Assembly (NCBI GenBank): GCA_051599415.1
Contig: AP039690.1
Span: forward strand, 496,001 to 560,000
From: Savitreella phatthalungensis
Taxonomy: Eukaryota
DNA length: 64,000 nt
Direction: 5' to 3'
How positions within the stretch are numbered: the first letter of the stretch is position 1; the number at the start of each line of letters is the position of its first letter. The notes beneath the pieces were generated by a model. The model was not told the DNA's origin. It saw only the letters and a list, made by a program, of their open reading frames with translations, and searched no databases. Position numbers and translations under genes: made by a program. Below are positions 44,999 to 57,264 of the stretch, piece by piece.

Positions 44999-47900
44999 TC
45001 AAGAGGCGTTTGGACCTAGTCCTAGGAAATTGTACCACTCTTCCACATTCAGACTCTCAGGCACACTGCCGCCGCCGCCACCGAGCAATCCGGTAGATCC
45101 ACCGAGGAACCCGGCGTCATCAAACGACGCTTGTTGCTGAGCATCGTCACCAGGCGTCGTCGCACTGGCACCGATCGAAGATGTCGTGTCGATTGGTTTC
45201 GGTGTGTTGGCGTGCTTAGATGAGGTGGTTGCGGAAGTCGCTGCTGCCGCTGCCGCTGCAGCGGCTGCTGCTGCTGTTGCTGTGGTCGATGTTCCATCGC
45301 CGGAATTCTCGCTTTCGGGATAGTGCATGAGGCCTGCGAGATCACCCCAGTCGCCTCCACCGACCCCGCCCCAGCTGTCGAGGCCGCCGCCGTTGCCGCC
45401 AATCGACCCAGCAAATGGACCCATGTTCAGGTAGTCATGACCATTGCCACTCACCTGCGCACCTGGCGACGCTCCAGATAGTCCTTGCGAGCCGACAGAT
45501 GGTGAGGCGCCCGCGTTCGTCTGTGGCGACGCAGAAAGCGTGCTCGATAGAGCTTGCTGCTGGGATAGCTGCTGCTGATGTATCTGGCTGGCGCGCTGCT
45601 GATGTTGCTGCTGCTGTTGTGAGAGTCCTCCATTCAGTGCTTCTTGCGGGAAGAGGAAGTTTGGCTGGTATTGCTCAAAGAAGCTCGGCGGAACCTGCTG
45701 ATTGGTGGAGAAGAAAAAGTCGGGGTTGTTCTGCAGGAGGTACTGCTGGTGCAGATGTTGCGCACGAGCAGCGTTAGCCTGAGCCGTTGCCGACGGCAGC
45801 TCAGGCGCACCCATCGACCCTGCAGCGGCAGCAGCAGCGTTCTGGAAGAGGACGGCATCATTCGCACTCGCATTAGCATTGAAGGCCTGGGCCACGTCCG
45901 AAGCGCTTTTGCCACTGACTGCTGCATTGGCCGCCGCCGCGGCAGCAACAGAAGCGCGTTGACTAGCATTCATATGCTGCATTTGTGGCGAGTTCGACGC
46001 GCGTTGCTGTTGTTGCTGGTGCTGATGCTGATTCGCGGACGAAGGTGATTTCGCCAAGCGCTTCAATTCGTTCTGCTGCAGCGCTTCCTGGGCACGCCTC
46101 TTGCGCATTTCAGCAGCATTACTCGATCCGATCATCAAAGCAGACTTCTGGAAACGCTCCTGAAGCACTTTCGACTCGGCAATCGCTTCAAAGAGCGTTG
46201 CAATCGAGTTTGCCACCATCCACTGCTTGGAAAGTTCTTTCAGGGAGCGCATGCCAAAGTTCAGTTTCTTTCGCGCAGCCTCGACCACTTGTTGATTGGA
46301 CGATCTGACTTCGAAGGAATGGAAAATGAGGGCAGAAAAGATTGCGTAGGTAGAGAAGGATGGTAGATATCGAATATTGCGGTACTGCACAACATCCTCC
46401 AGGATTCGCGTGATCATGTTCGCCGCTGTGAATGCAATGTTGCGCGATGGATACGCCGCACTAGATGAACCAGCTGGTCCACCTTCGCCTGCGCGTACAG
46501 ATGACTTCAGATGTGGTCGATGCAATAGGCACAGGACCGTGTAGTAAGTCATGTGCAGAAATGCTGCCCAGAAATTCTGCTCACTAGCTGATTTTGTGCA
46601 ATGATACTGCATTTCCGGTGGTAAATTCATGAGCCAGTTTGCCAAGGCCATGTCAGAGTGAGTCAAATCAAGGCTCTGATAGACTCGGGCCTTGCGAGAG
46701 GCCGGAGAGTATTGTCTGCTGAGGACGACGCCCATGATTTCTGCCAGCTTGACACTTTGAACGAAGTACTGGACGTGATTCCGGTTGGGTGGATACCGCA
46801 ATTGCTGACCCGGTTGTGTCAATTCCTCTTCAATGAAATCATCCTCAGTGATCATCTCCATATCAGAGTCCTCCACATTAATACACATCGGTCTGCCCAT
46901 CGAGACAGCGACGCGACGATCCTGTGCAAAGCAGGACCACCAGATCCTTCGCCACGTGCGTTTCTGAGTCAATGTCATCCGTGCTTTTTCCACTGAGCGA
47001 TGCATGCCAATTCCCTGTGCTACTCTGATCGCTGTGCCAATCCAGTACCACACATTCCGGGTCACATCCTCAGGACCTCCGAGCCACCACGAAAGCAGTT
47101 GCAATGCCTGAATTATAACGACCTTGTCGTCCTCGTAATCGGCATCGTATAGTGCTTTTGCGCGTTTCCAAAATGTGATACTTGCCTGATCTGTCGAGCC
47201 TGTCTCTGCATCAAAAATTGCTGGATTCGTGCTAACGCGACTTGCAGCCAGGAACATGCTCTGCAAGAGTAGGAGCGGCGGCGGGTCTTTTGCGTCATGG
47301 TACTGTCGCATGAATTGTGTGCGATTGATGATAGGAATTTGTGGAGCGACTTTCGTGAAGTACGTATGGATAAGATCATCACACACATCTCTGGGTGGCA
47401 GCAAGAAAGCTCCTCTGCTCTTGAGCATCTCGATCTCGTCCGGATCCAGGATGCTCAGCTTCATCTTTGAGCCACCATTGAAGACATCAGGCACGGGATA
47501 GTGGAAGATTTCCTTCTCTGAATCGTCTGCCGCCTTTCGCCGCACGATAAATGACCAATTAGAGGATTCGCCCAGATATGCCACTCTGCCAGTCTCCGCG
47601 ATGTCTCCCTGCTGATTGCCATCAAGGAACTCCTTATACACGTTGGTTGCAGTTGCGCCATGAGGCGTGTTGGCATCCCCAGACGATTTTGATAGCTGGC
47701 TCTGCTGCAAGTTCGGTAAAGCAGCAGGATTGTGTGTCACCGTCGTTGATGCCTGCCACTGCCTGACATTCTTATCCAATTGCGCCTTTGGATCGTCGTC
47801 AGGCGAATCCGCTTTGTCTGTCGCTGTGTTGTCTCCCTCGTTGCCGTTGGTCTTGTTCTTCTTCCTCCGCCCTGCACTCGGAATCTTGCATTCAAAGCCG

Positions 47901-48316
47901 AAAGCTTGACAGTTTGTGCATGGCACGCCGAGCGTGGATGCATCACAGCGCACTTTGCGCGAATGGCAGATCTCACATGCTCTCGCTGCACGTTGTATTC
48001 GGCGTGCAGGCGTGGCACCGCCGCCCACGCTGCCAGTCACAGAGGTTGCAACATTTCCGAGTGGCGTTTGGGGTCCATTGAGATGTGATAAATGATTGTG
48101 ATGTGGCCCTGGTGCGGCATCAGGCGCATTGTCGTTGCCCGTCTGGGGCTCGTGCTTCACATCGCTATTCGAGGTGTTGCCGGCAGCAGGTGGCGCTGGT
48201 GCGGATGGCGAGGAGGATGCAGTTGATGAGCTGCTGCCGGATGCGCTTGATGCTGCCACATGCCCAGGGCCCTGTGTCTGTGTCGTGGCATCAATGTCAG
48301 CAGGTTGCTCCGGCAT
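44999..48316 (-). CDS. Zn(II)2Cys6 transcription factor, cutinase transcription factor 1 / FarA-like
   Basis: ACEICHSRKVRCDA..GVPCTNCQAFGFEC, YLGESSN, RGAFLLPPRDVCDDL, RAKALYDADYEDD; fungal TF middle homology region; Q/A-rich tail. Confidence 0.88.
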   Translation of the reverse strand: MPEQPADIDATTQTQGPGHVAASSASGSSSSTASSSPSAPAPPAAGNTSNSDVKHEPQTGNDNAPDAAPGPHHNHLSHLNGPQTPLGNVATSVTGSVGGGATPARRIQRAARACEICHSRKVRCDASTLGVPCTNCQAFGFECKIPSAGRRKKNKTNGNEGDNTATDKADSPDDDPKAQLDKNVRQWQASTTVTHNPAALPNLQQSQLSKSSGDANTPHGATATNVYKEFLDGNQQGDIAETGRVAYLGESSNWSFIVRRKAADDSEKEIFHYPVPDVFNGGSKMKLSILDPDEIEMLKSRGAFLLPPRDVCDDLIHTYFTKVAPQIPIINRTQFMRQYHDAKDPPPLLLLQSMFLAASRVSTNPAIFDAETGSTDQASITFWKRAKALYDADYEDDKVVIIQALQLLSWWLGGPEDVTRNVWYWIGTAIRVAQGIGMHRSVEKARMTLTQKRTWRRIWWSCFAQDRRVAVSMGRPMCINVEDSDMEMITEDDFIEEELTQPGQQLRYPPNRNHVQYFVQSVKLAEIMGVVLSRQYSPASRKARVYQSLDLTHSDMALANWLMNLPPEMQYHCTKSASEQNFWAAFLHMTYYTVLCLLHRPHLKSSVRAGEGGPAGSSSAAYPSRNIAFTAANMITRILEDVVQYRNIRYLPSFSTYAIFSALIFHSFEVRSSNQQVVEAARKKLNFGMRSLKELSKQWMVANSIATLFEAIAESKVLQERFQKSALMIGSSNAAEMRKRRAQEALQQNELKRLAKSPSSANQHQHQQQQQRASNSPQMQHMNASQRASVAAAAAANAAVSGKSASDVAQAFNANASANDAVLFQNAAAAAAGSMGAPELPSATAQANAARAQHLHQQYLLQNNPDFFFSTNQQVPPSFFEQYQPNFLFPQEALNGGLSQQQQQHQQRASQIHQQQLSQQQALSSTLSASPQTNAGASPSVGSQGLSGASPGAQVSGNGHDYLNMGPFAGSIGGNGGGLDSWGGVGGGDWGDLAGLMHYPESENSGDGTSTTATAAAAAAAAAAAATSATTSSKHANTPKPIDTTSSIGASATTPGDDAQQQASFDDAGFLGGSTGLLGGGGGSVPESLNVEEWYNFLGLGPNAS

Positions 48317-50159
48317 GTCGTGATGCTTCGCGCGGGACGATCTGGCTAGATCAGGTTTCAGAGATCAGCTTGACTCAGTCGGAAGGGTTTCGTTCGGAGA
48401 CAGTCAATATTTGAATTGCCAGAAATGGCGGTGAGCGTGCGTGACTCAGGCAGGGAACTTTTAAACGCTGCTGAGTATATTAAGTGTAACGCGTTGTAAG
48501 GAGGTAGTGCAGTCGCCAGGATACTGTATTCAATCGTCGTGAAGTGACTTCGTGACTTGATGGCGTGGATGCTCGAATGTGCGCGACTGATGTTCACTCG
48601 CACGCTGACAGGCCTCTACGCTGGTAGAACGGATCGTAACTGTGCAACAGCTGGCCGTGTGGGTGTGTATATGTGTGGAGGCGCGCGGGTTGGACAGTAA
48701 TAAAATCCGCGGACTTGTATGCTTTTTCTCGCTATTCGATTTTCATCGACTGGAGTGAGTACATGCATGCAGTATATGCCTGATCTGGTCAGAGATACAA
48801 AATTTCTGATATATGAGACAGGCGCAAGCCTTTTCAGCAGAGTACATGGTCGTCTTGAGCTAGGCGAAGGAATACTCTCCTTGGGAAAATCCTGTCCACA
48901 GCTGATCCAGTACGATTTGACTGGATGAGCATCACAAGATAGATGAATACGTTATGGTGTGAATAGAGTCAGGAGTTCTTCGGAGGACTAACACGGCCCA
49001 ACGAGCAGTTACAGCTCCACAGGTTCAATTGTCCAAAGGCTTGGATGCGATTTGTCTTTGACTTGTGAAGAGTTGGTTTGTGCCAGAGTATCTAATAAAA
49101 TAATTAGGCTGGTGACTCACCCCAGTGTGGAGTGCTATTGCCAGCTGCTAGTCGGATCAATATAAAGCCAGCAGCAATACCAGACGACGCTGACCTCAGG
49201 TGAAATCTGTGTAGGATGAGCCCCAATTGCGTTGACCCAATCAAGCGAAAACTGATTTTTAATTCTTTACAAGTTGATCGAAATTGGTCACAGTTTTCTT
49301 CAGCCATTTCGTTCTGAGGTACAAAGTACTGAAGGCCTGCCAATATCACAGCCCGCAAGCCAGTGCGAGGAGCTATAAGGTCGAGCCCGATTTCAACTCC
49401 ATTTGGTCGTCTTAGCACTCAGCGTCTTTTGCCTTGGCGCTCAACGGAAACCCGGCGTGAATGATCGGGATGTTATCAAACCCTCTCTCCACAAACCCAG
49501 GGTGTGCCAGACAGAGATCTGATTGAGTCAAATACTTACTTACCCCGAGTATTAATGATCGACTGTCCCACATTCACCTAGTACGAGGTATGTATTGTTC
49601 GTCATGTATTCATGCGCCGTGACACACTAGGCAGCACAAGGATTGACTATCCTTTCTCCCATGGCTAGAAGACATACGGTATGGCACGAGCAAAAACGCT
49701 ATAGGGGATATATGCATCGAGGATGCATCGTCAATGATTGATGGTGAGAGCACTCGCCTGGTATCATGGGAGATGTTCGCCAGGATTGAATGCTGAGACA
49801 TTGATGGATTGACCATACTGCGAGAACTGATAAAGCAGCGAGGGTACTCTAACATGAGGTAAAATTCTAGTGTTACGTACCTGGTTGTGTATACTGCAAT
49901 GTGTGTCCTTCGCTTTGTGTCTTACTCACGTGGCGGGGTTCCTGTTTCAGCGCACTGGCAGGAGTGCTGAGATCCGGATTTGCAGCAGAACGCGCCTGTG
50001 ATCGGATGTCTGAGACACTGTCTTTTCGCGCGCGGCTCATCGATCAACTCTCCAGCGGGGGCTCATGACAATTCAGGTGCCGAAGTCTGGCAGATTTCAA
50101 CACATATTCGGGGAATGGAATCATAAGAGATGCGTAGCGCCAAAAAGCAATCCTACAGC

Positions 50160-50794
50160 CTAATTGCTGAGAATCATGTCGACAAAGTCTACCATGTGAG
50201 TCAGCGTTCATTCATCGTGATTGTGATCTGGTCGACTCACCGCCGTAATGCACTTGCCCATCTTTGACATCCACCCCTTTTATCAGCTCGTCGACTTCAT
50301 GATCTGCCATAGGCTCTCCAAGTTTTGTAAGCACTGAAAGACTGTTAGCATCAATCACGGATGGTGATGCCGATCTAGCGAGACTCACAGAAACGCAACT
50401 CGCCTACTCCCAGGTAGCCTGTCTGCTGCTTGTCAAAGACCTGGAAGCCACGCAGCAGATCTTCTTTGTCGCCGGGAGAATCGAAACCACCTGGACGCTC
50501 GAGCACGCGTCTGAAACCTTGGAAGTCTAAGTCGGCACCCTTGTTCGCTGCTGCGAGGTCCGCGATCTCTGCTTCTGTAGGGTTCTGCCCACAGGCTCTC
50601 AGGAGATCCCCGAGAGCGCTGACGGGGATTTTATTTTCACCACGCTGAAAGTTAATACGCCAAAGATACGCGTTATGTCATGAAGAAGAATCCCTACCTT
50701 ATCGAAAAGTGAGAAGGCTTCGCGCCAGCTTTGAGGGTCAGTGAGGCACGAACTTGGACTTGATGACATACGATGCAACGTCGCTTTCACTCAT
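50160..50794 (-). CDS. cdc4: Myosin essential light chain (Cdc4/Mlc1-type EF-hand protein), 5 exons
   Basis: Exons 50794-50772, 50728-50698, 50644-50389, 50333-50241 and 50188-50160 give MSESDVASWREAFSLFDKRG...LGDLLRACGQNPT...FQVFDK...GELRFLLTKLGE...EVDELIKG...YGDFVDMILSN*; all introns GT-AG. Confidence 0.92.
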
Positions 50795-51416
50795 AGTATT
50801 TCTTTGATCTCCCGTGACAGGTGTTTTGATACGCTTTGTTGTTCAATACCTCGACAGTAACCGTTCAGTGTTTGCCAAGGACAGCTTGCAACAAGTGATA
50901 CAGAAATTTGATCGCTTCGTTGATTAGAAACCGGCTGGTCGTATGAATGCAGCAGCCAAACGCCTGGATGCTGTTTCTCAGATAGGGTCTTCAATTGCTT
51001 TTCCTCTTTCTATGCACCATTGCTCTCATCTAGACGATGGACATTTTAATCACGCGCGAGATGATACCAATTCTATTGAGCTTATGAATTTTAGTACATA
51101 AACTTAGTTTCATCATTTCATTTGACTTTCTGTGCTCCAATACAACCATGCTTATTGCTATATGCACACCTAGGGAAAGAAAAGTTGACCGAAATTTCTG
51201 GCGGTGGATTTACAAACCTGGACTGCGACTGAACTATGCTTTACCTCGCGCTCCAATACACACATACACGCGCTCATACACTACAAATTTCGGACTTCGA
51301 CGTGTAAGAAGCACGAGGATCGTTCAGCTAGTCCGAGGAAGCTTCTTTCAGCGCCACCACTCTGACGCGCGGTCTACTGGTCGTGGAGCTGGACAACTGC
51401 AAAGCACAGCAATCGC

Positions 51417-53036
51417 ATGGCTCGCCGCAGTTCTCGCCGGACGAGCACAAGAGGTGTGAGCTATGCGATCGAGCCAATAGTGGACGATGCTCTCATTAGC
51501 GCGTCCCCCGACAATCTCGACACGCCTGAGCCCGAAGAGCGTGACGACGGTGACGATACGCCAATGCTTGAAGCTCATGAGCAGGAAGATGAGGTTGAGG
51601 ACGAAGGCAATGATTCCGGATTACAAAATAACGATCATGCATATGACGAGGATGCGGCGAATGAAGCTGAGGCAGAAGCACTCCTGGAAGAGGAGGATGC
51701 TGACCGTAGCGACGACGATGATAATGGTCTCGAAGCTACTGCCGCCGGAGGTGACGAAGACGAGCAGGATGGGAACGATGAAGAGGAAGAGGAGGAGGAG
51801 GAAGATGACAATGATACGGAGAACACTCCATCCCGACCAGCATCTACAACACCGGCATCAGCACCAAGACGACGAGGCAGACCAGCGAAACGTGGTAGAT
51901 GGCGCATCTCGAAGATTGCAGGGGACGATAGCGATGCAGATAGCACGACGCCGCGCAGAAGATTAGCCGGTGGTGGTATACCGAGGTCTGAGAGGCTGAG
52001 TGCGAATGTCGTGCCGCAGGATGTGGCGACCGAGCCGTTCCAGGTCGACAATGCTACTGAAGAGATTATTCTGAATCGTCATGATCCGGAGGGTGAGACG
52101 AAGGTCGACCAAAATGGATTTTTACTCGACGGACGGGAATACCGCGTGCGCACATTTACGGTCGCGGGCCGTGGACAACGACTATACATGCTGTCCACCG
52201 AGCCGGCGCGATGTGCCGGATATCGAGATTCTTACCTTTTCTTCATTCGGCATCGAACTCTGCACAAGGTGGTGCTGGATGATGCGGAAAAGGACGACAT
52301 GATTGCGCGTGATCTGATTCCGGCATCGTATCGTACGCGTCAAATTGCTGTCGTAACGGCCAGGTCAGTGTTTCGCGATTTTGGAGCCAAGATCGTAGTC
52401 GGGGGCAAGCGCATCACCGACGATTATTGGGTCGCAGAATATCGCAAGCTCGGCTACACAGATGGAGAGCTTGCCGATCCGCTGGATGCAGTCCCGCGTC
52501 ACGGACTGCCATACAACAAGGACCAATATGTGGCCTGGCACGGTGGAACGCTACTTTACTCTCAGGCAAATGCGACGCCATTTGAGCGCACGACTCGGTC
52601 TCGCAGAGGAGGAGCCGGTGCCGTGCCAGATGTCACATGGCTGCTCGACCAAGCAAACAATGCGATGGCTTTCAATCAGGAGTTGACGGCTATGCGCCGC
52701 ACGAATGCTCTAGGAGTCTACGAGCCTCACACGAACGTCAATTTTGTGCCCGACACGTTCCAACCATCACGATGTGTTTGGTTCCCGGTGCCAAAGAAGC
52801 GTCGAATGCAGCACGAAGATGGTGTCCAGACGGCCGATGCGGTTGATTCTCCAGGTAAGCTTACTGTCGACCTTGAGATGCAGATTCGGCCGAGTACAGG
52901 CACGGCCTCCAGGATGTCGGATATCGACGATGCTCTGCTAGCTCTGGTCACTCCTGAAGTTCGGGCGGCTATAGAAGCAAAACGTCAGCAGGAACGTGAA
53001 GAAAGCGACAGCCTGATCTATGCAGGCTATGTGTGA
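51417..53036 (+). CDS. Chromatin-remodelling complex subunit Rsc7/Npl6/Swp82 family
   Basis: Acidic N-terminus, AT-hook-like RRRGRPAK, conserved core DPEGETKVDQNGFLLDGREYRVRTF...YRDSYLFF...VTARSVFRDFGA. Confidence 0.88.
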   Translation: MARRSSRRTSTRGVSYAIEPIVDDALISASPDNLDTPEPEERDDGDDTPMLEAHEQEDEVEDEGNDSGLQNNDHAYDEDAANEAEAEALLEEEDADRSDDDDNGLEATAAGGDEDEQDGNDEEEEEEEEDDNDTENTPSRPASTTPASAPRRRGRPAKRGRWRISKIAGDDSDADSTTPRRRLAGGGIPRSERLSANVVPQDVATEPFQVDNATEEIILNRHDPEGETKVDQNGFLLDGREYRVRTFTVAGRGQRLYMLSTEPARCAGYRDSYLFFIRHRTLHKVVLDDAEKDDMIARDLIPASYRTRQIAVVTARSVFRDFGAKIVVGGKRITDDYWVAEYRKLGYTDGELADPLDAVPRHGLPYNKDQYVAWHGGTLLYSQANATPFERTTRSRRGGAGAVPDVTWLLDQANNAMAFNQELTAMRRTNALGVYEPHTNVNFVPDTFQPSRCVWFPVPKKRRMQHEDGVQTADAVDSPGKLTVDLEMQIRPSTGTASRMSDIDDALLALVTPEVRAAIEAKRQQEREESDSLIYAGYV

Positions 53037-55412
53037 GTCCTTGGGTGATGCACATACGGAAGTCTCAGGGACAGAGTAACGGAATTGTGCACAGCTTTGT
53101 AATTCCTGTATGACATATGTTCATGATCATCGGCCATGGAGACCTCTTGAGCACTCCTCGGCTGCATTACCTATTTCACCAATGCTTGAAGCTCTTGGGC
53201 GCGTCGTGAAAACTGACTAGCCAAGGATTTTGGACCTGGAACTCGGTCGATCACGGTGATTAATCTCGCGCGGAATGGCGGCAAGCCACACGTCACCTGC
53301 GATATCTATGCATGACTCTCTCACATCTGGTCAATTTCATCGATTCTGAGATCGGCCGAAAGTCTTCAGCTTCGACAATGCACGCAAGTTGAGGGCAAAG
53401 CGGCACACAGGTCTCGCAATCTCAGTCAGGGTCATATCACCGATCGGTATTTTTGCTCGCACCTAGTCTCGAGCAGACACTTGAGACGGAAGACCTTTGA
53501 GACAGATTAGCGGAAGGTAGACCGTCACGTGAGGCTGATCAGAGTTCTTCTCGATCTGTGCTCCGATGATCATCTTCCTGCGTGGCCTGGCAAGGGGTGG
53601 GGAGAAACTATCACCACCGCCGTCATCGTTGAGTCGTCATAGAGGATCGGATAGCTTCTGTGATCAAGGTACGGCAGGCGAATTGTTCGTACGCGGCATT
53701 TTCTTGATTTTTTTTTCAACGGAGACCTCCTGGAGTGTTCGCCATCAAGCACAAGTACAGTAGAAGGTAAGTTCCAGCGAAAGGCACAGGGCACAGCGGC
53801 AAGGAGGCTCGCAGTTCCGAGGAACGATTAACATTTTCTCTTTTCCCAGATTGAGCACATGTCTGCCCATAGTGACACAATTGCCGCTTGACCTCTTATG
53901 ACAGGCACTAGATCCTTGTGCCTATTTTGATCCAGGTTAGTCACGTAGACGAGCCATCACAATCGTGATCTATGAAGGTCAGATGTTTTTGCTCATTTTC
54001 CGCTTCCATGTTGATGTACGTATAACTGCATATTCAGGTGGAGATCATGCTCAGCCATTCATTCATACATGTCCTGCCTTACACTTTCCCCTCCCTTGGC
54101 AGCCAGCCGTCTACCATCTGATCGTCATAAGCAATTTGACAGGTTATCCGAGCATGCTCTGGAATAGGTCAATTTCTCATGCACCTGGGAGCTAGAGGAG
54201 AACTTCCCGGATTGGTATCTGAAGTTGGCCAAATTATGGCGACATTAATCTGCTCGTTTGCCCACAAGCTAATCTTTGTGCTCACCCGAGTAACATCACA
54301 ATCCATCATTATCCTGTGATTAACAATCTCCCTCTGCTGATTACTTCTATTTTGGCTTTTCCAAAATTTGCTCTTACGAGGATAGATACTAACTTTTCTC
54401 ATCCACATGCTCTGCTCGGTTCGGCTCTTCGTCAGACCTGAGGATGAACCGAGCGGGGGGGGAAATCTGAAGGAATTTAACCTGACCTCATACACATATA
54501 TGTGCATTGAATCGCCAACTTTTGAATACACTGAAGGAATAGGGCGAGTTTACAAGCTGAAGCTATCTGGCTGGATGCAGCTTCAGAATGAAATATACAT
54601 AGAGCAGATGAACAAATGAATTTGAACATAGAATCGATAGAACTATAGAGTATACACGCAGAGAGAAACGGGAAGATAGAGTGAGAGGGATAGATACAGA
54701 TGGCGGGACCTCAAAATTAACAGAGGAAGCACACAGATTGTCCGGTTACAGTTATGATTCAACGATCTCACAGGGGGCAAAGCGATAGCGGCACATCCCC
54801 ATCACCCACCCATCCTTCCACCCACATGCATGGGCACACGCACACACACGTTCACAATCACTCTCGTACCCACTCACCCACAAGCTCCTCTATGGCCTTA
54901 GACAATTGCTAAACAATTTTCACGCAACGGCGCAACTCCTCGACTGTCCTCGATCGTCTCTTTATCCGCGCAACACAAGCCTAACACAGGAAGCGCCTAA
55001 TTTGCCTATCAGAAAACCACTGTGTCCTGAGGCGCAATTTTCTCTCAGGCGATTTGTGATAAGAGTGGAAGGTGAAAAGGCCGTAAGCGAGTTTGCGAAA
55101 GAGTATTTCTTTACGCAGCGTGAACCTTTATTCCACGCTTCTAGCCCACAAAGTGCGTCTCCACGCGTCCCACACATTCACACGCTGACGGCCGCGTGCG
55201 TGTATTTCTCAAACGCATTCAGCGACTCACTGTTTTCGCGGCTGGATTTATAGGTACAGTGGATTTGTTCTCGGTTCCGACGCTGCGCCAATCCGCCTGA
55301 TCCCAGCTGCCTATCGACGCTCTTCGCCTGGAACCTGGACGGATGAGCGTTTGAGTGCTGCAAAGCTCCACTTCTTCAGACCTACAGAAAGTCACTACAT
55401 CGATATTGCTCA

Positions 55413-56852
55413 ATGCTGGGTAATCCTTTCTCCAGCACCGCGCCTCCAACGCCTGCCGGACGGCCAATAGCGGCGTCGTCGACGGGAAATTCTGCATCGA
55501 ATGGACCCATGAGCATTACGGAAACCGCGCCCTCAACGCCAAGCGCAGCCATGAACAGTGCTGCATCGACCCCGGCTTCACAAGAATTGCCGCGTCCGTA
55601 CAAGTGCCCGATGTGCTCAAAAGCTTTTCATCGTCTGGAACACCAGACACGGCATATTCGCACTCATACAGGCGAGAAACCGCACGCATGCACATTCCCT
55701 GGGTGTCTCAAGCGATTCTCGCGTAGCGATGAACTCACTAGGCACGTTCGCATTCATACAAATCCAAATTCACGACGGAATGGTCGAATGACGCCTGGCG
55801 GGACGGCAAGTGGCAGTCTGCCAGGTTCCGGTGCATCCACTCCGACAACAACCTTGCCCGCTAATCCGAGTCTCCAGGCTATGCAAGCCCGTACAGCCGG
55901 TGGTGCGTCCCCAACCACATCGCCGCCGTCCTACGCCATGAGTCTCTCCGCAGGACATTCATTCCCAACTCGACAGCATGAGTTTGACGAGATGCACGTC
56001 TTGGCTCAGGCAGCTTCTCAGCAGCTTGAGCACGAGAGAGCTCGCAGTGCAAGCTCTTCTGGAACGAGTACACCGTATGGAAATACTGGCAGTAGTCCAG
56101 CTTCGAATGGTCAAGTCCCGCTGTCGTCGCGATCGTCGATTGCTCCTCCTGGCTCGCATGGCTTCTCGCATTTGAATCCAAACCACCAAAGTACTTATGC
56201 AGCGCCGAGCCCACATGCTGGCCACCACAGCCTGCATCCTCATCACAATCACCACCATACCAGTCACCATCATCCCGGACATCACCCTTATAATTCAGGT
56301 TCAGGTTTCACATCACCATACAATCGACCTTCGCTGTCGATGTCGCGACAGCATTCGCAAGACGACGACGAGCAGCCTTGGCGACATGGCAGCGACATCC
56401 ACCGCTCAAAGCGCTCGCGCCCTGGCAGCCCTATCAGCACGGCACCGAACAGCCCGACCCGCTCATCTCGGGCACACACACCGACGCCGGAGCACACGCC
56501 GCTCGTCACGCCTTCGCATTCGCCGAGACTACATCCGCGCGAAGTGGATGCATTGAATGGCATTCACTTACCTTCTTTGCGGAATCTCAACTTGCGGCAT
56601 CACCCGCCAAGTTTGGCTCCGCTTGAGGTCGACCCGTTCCAGCCCGGTTCTGGCTATAGCACACCGAAACATACGACGGCGAATCAGCATGCACCCGTCA
56701 ATGCCATGCGGCTTGGAGATATTCTCGAGTCGCAAGCGACAGATCATGAAGGTCGAACACTGCCTGTTCCAAGATCGGAACAAAGCGGCCACGTCTCTGC
56801 TTCAAACAGCCGCAATACAAGTCACACAAATCTACGCGACCTGTTACATTAA
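55413..56852 (+). CDS. creA: Carbon catabolite repressor CreA/Mig1/Scr1 (C2H2)
   Basis: [33 protein letters not shown]...[10 protein letters not shown]; conserved [16 protein letters not shown] and LPSLRNL. Confidence 0.95.
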   Translation: MLGNPFSSTAPPTPAGRPIAASSTGNSASNGPMSITETAPSTPSAAMNSAASTPASQELPRPYKCPMCSKAFHRLEHQTRHIRTHTGEKPHACTFPGCLKRFSRSDELTRHVRIHTNPNSRRNGRMTPGGTASGSLPGSGASTPTTTLPANPSLQAMQARTAGGASPTTSPPSYAMSLSAGHSFPTRQHEFDEMHVLAQAASQQLEHERARSASSSGTSTPYGNTGSSPASNGQVPLSSRSSIAPPGSHGFSHLNPNHQSTYAAPSPHAGHHSLHPHHNHHHTSHHHPGHHPYNSGSGFTSPYNRPSLSMSRQHSQDDDEQPWRHGSDIHRSKRSRPGSPISTAPNSPTRSSRAHTPTPEHTPLVTPSHSPRLHPREVDALNGIHLPSLRNLNLRHHPPSLAPLEVDPFQPGSGYSTPKHTTANQHAPVNAMRLGDILESQATDHEGRTLPVPRSEQSGHVSASNSRNTSHTNLRDLLH

Positions 56853-57264
56853 TCATCCATATAGATATCAGCAGAGCCACAAGCTATGGTCTTGCGCATG
56901 ATTCTTGGCGACTATCCGACTACAGGGTAGGAGGCTAATCAATCCGATGCTTAAAATGTTGTCTGTTTATTGTGCTTAACGCGTTCTTCAGTTGGGTCGT
57001 TTCATCCTGATTTCAACCTTTTCCACATGCGATGAGCGAGATCCGCTGCAGTGCAGATTGACATGTGATGCGTGGTCTTGGGTGGAGATCAAAAACAAAA
57101 TTGATTTACTGGCGTCATAGGTGTTTAGAGTCGACAGACGACATCTCAAGGGTAGCGGCACGAATCGGAATTCGAGAGCATTTGTCCTTGAAACCACAGC
57201 GCATGCTTGCGCTCGTGTGAGGAAGGTTCCTGCTACAGCTGCGCAGGCAACGCAAGCATAAGCT

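Noticed and set aside
49531..49546. ATACTTACTTACC resembling the 5' end of U1 snRNA; also ACTTACCTG near 41610
   Set aside because: No recognisable U1 stem-loops or Sm site follow; these are simply reverse-complement splice-donor words
53037..55412. SYGGRG CreA sites upstream of creA suggesting autoregulation
   Set aside because: The hits seen (53597, 53730, 54038, 54453, 55159) do not exceed the chance expectation for this degenerate hexamer
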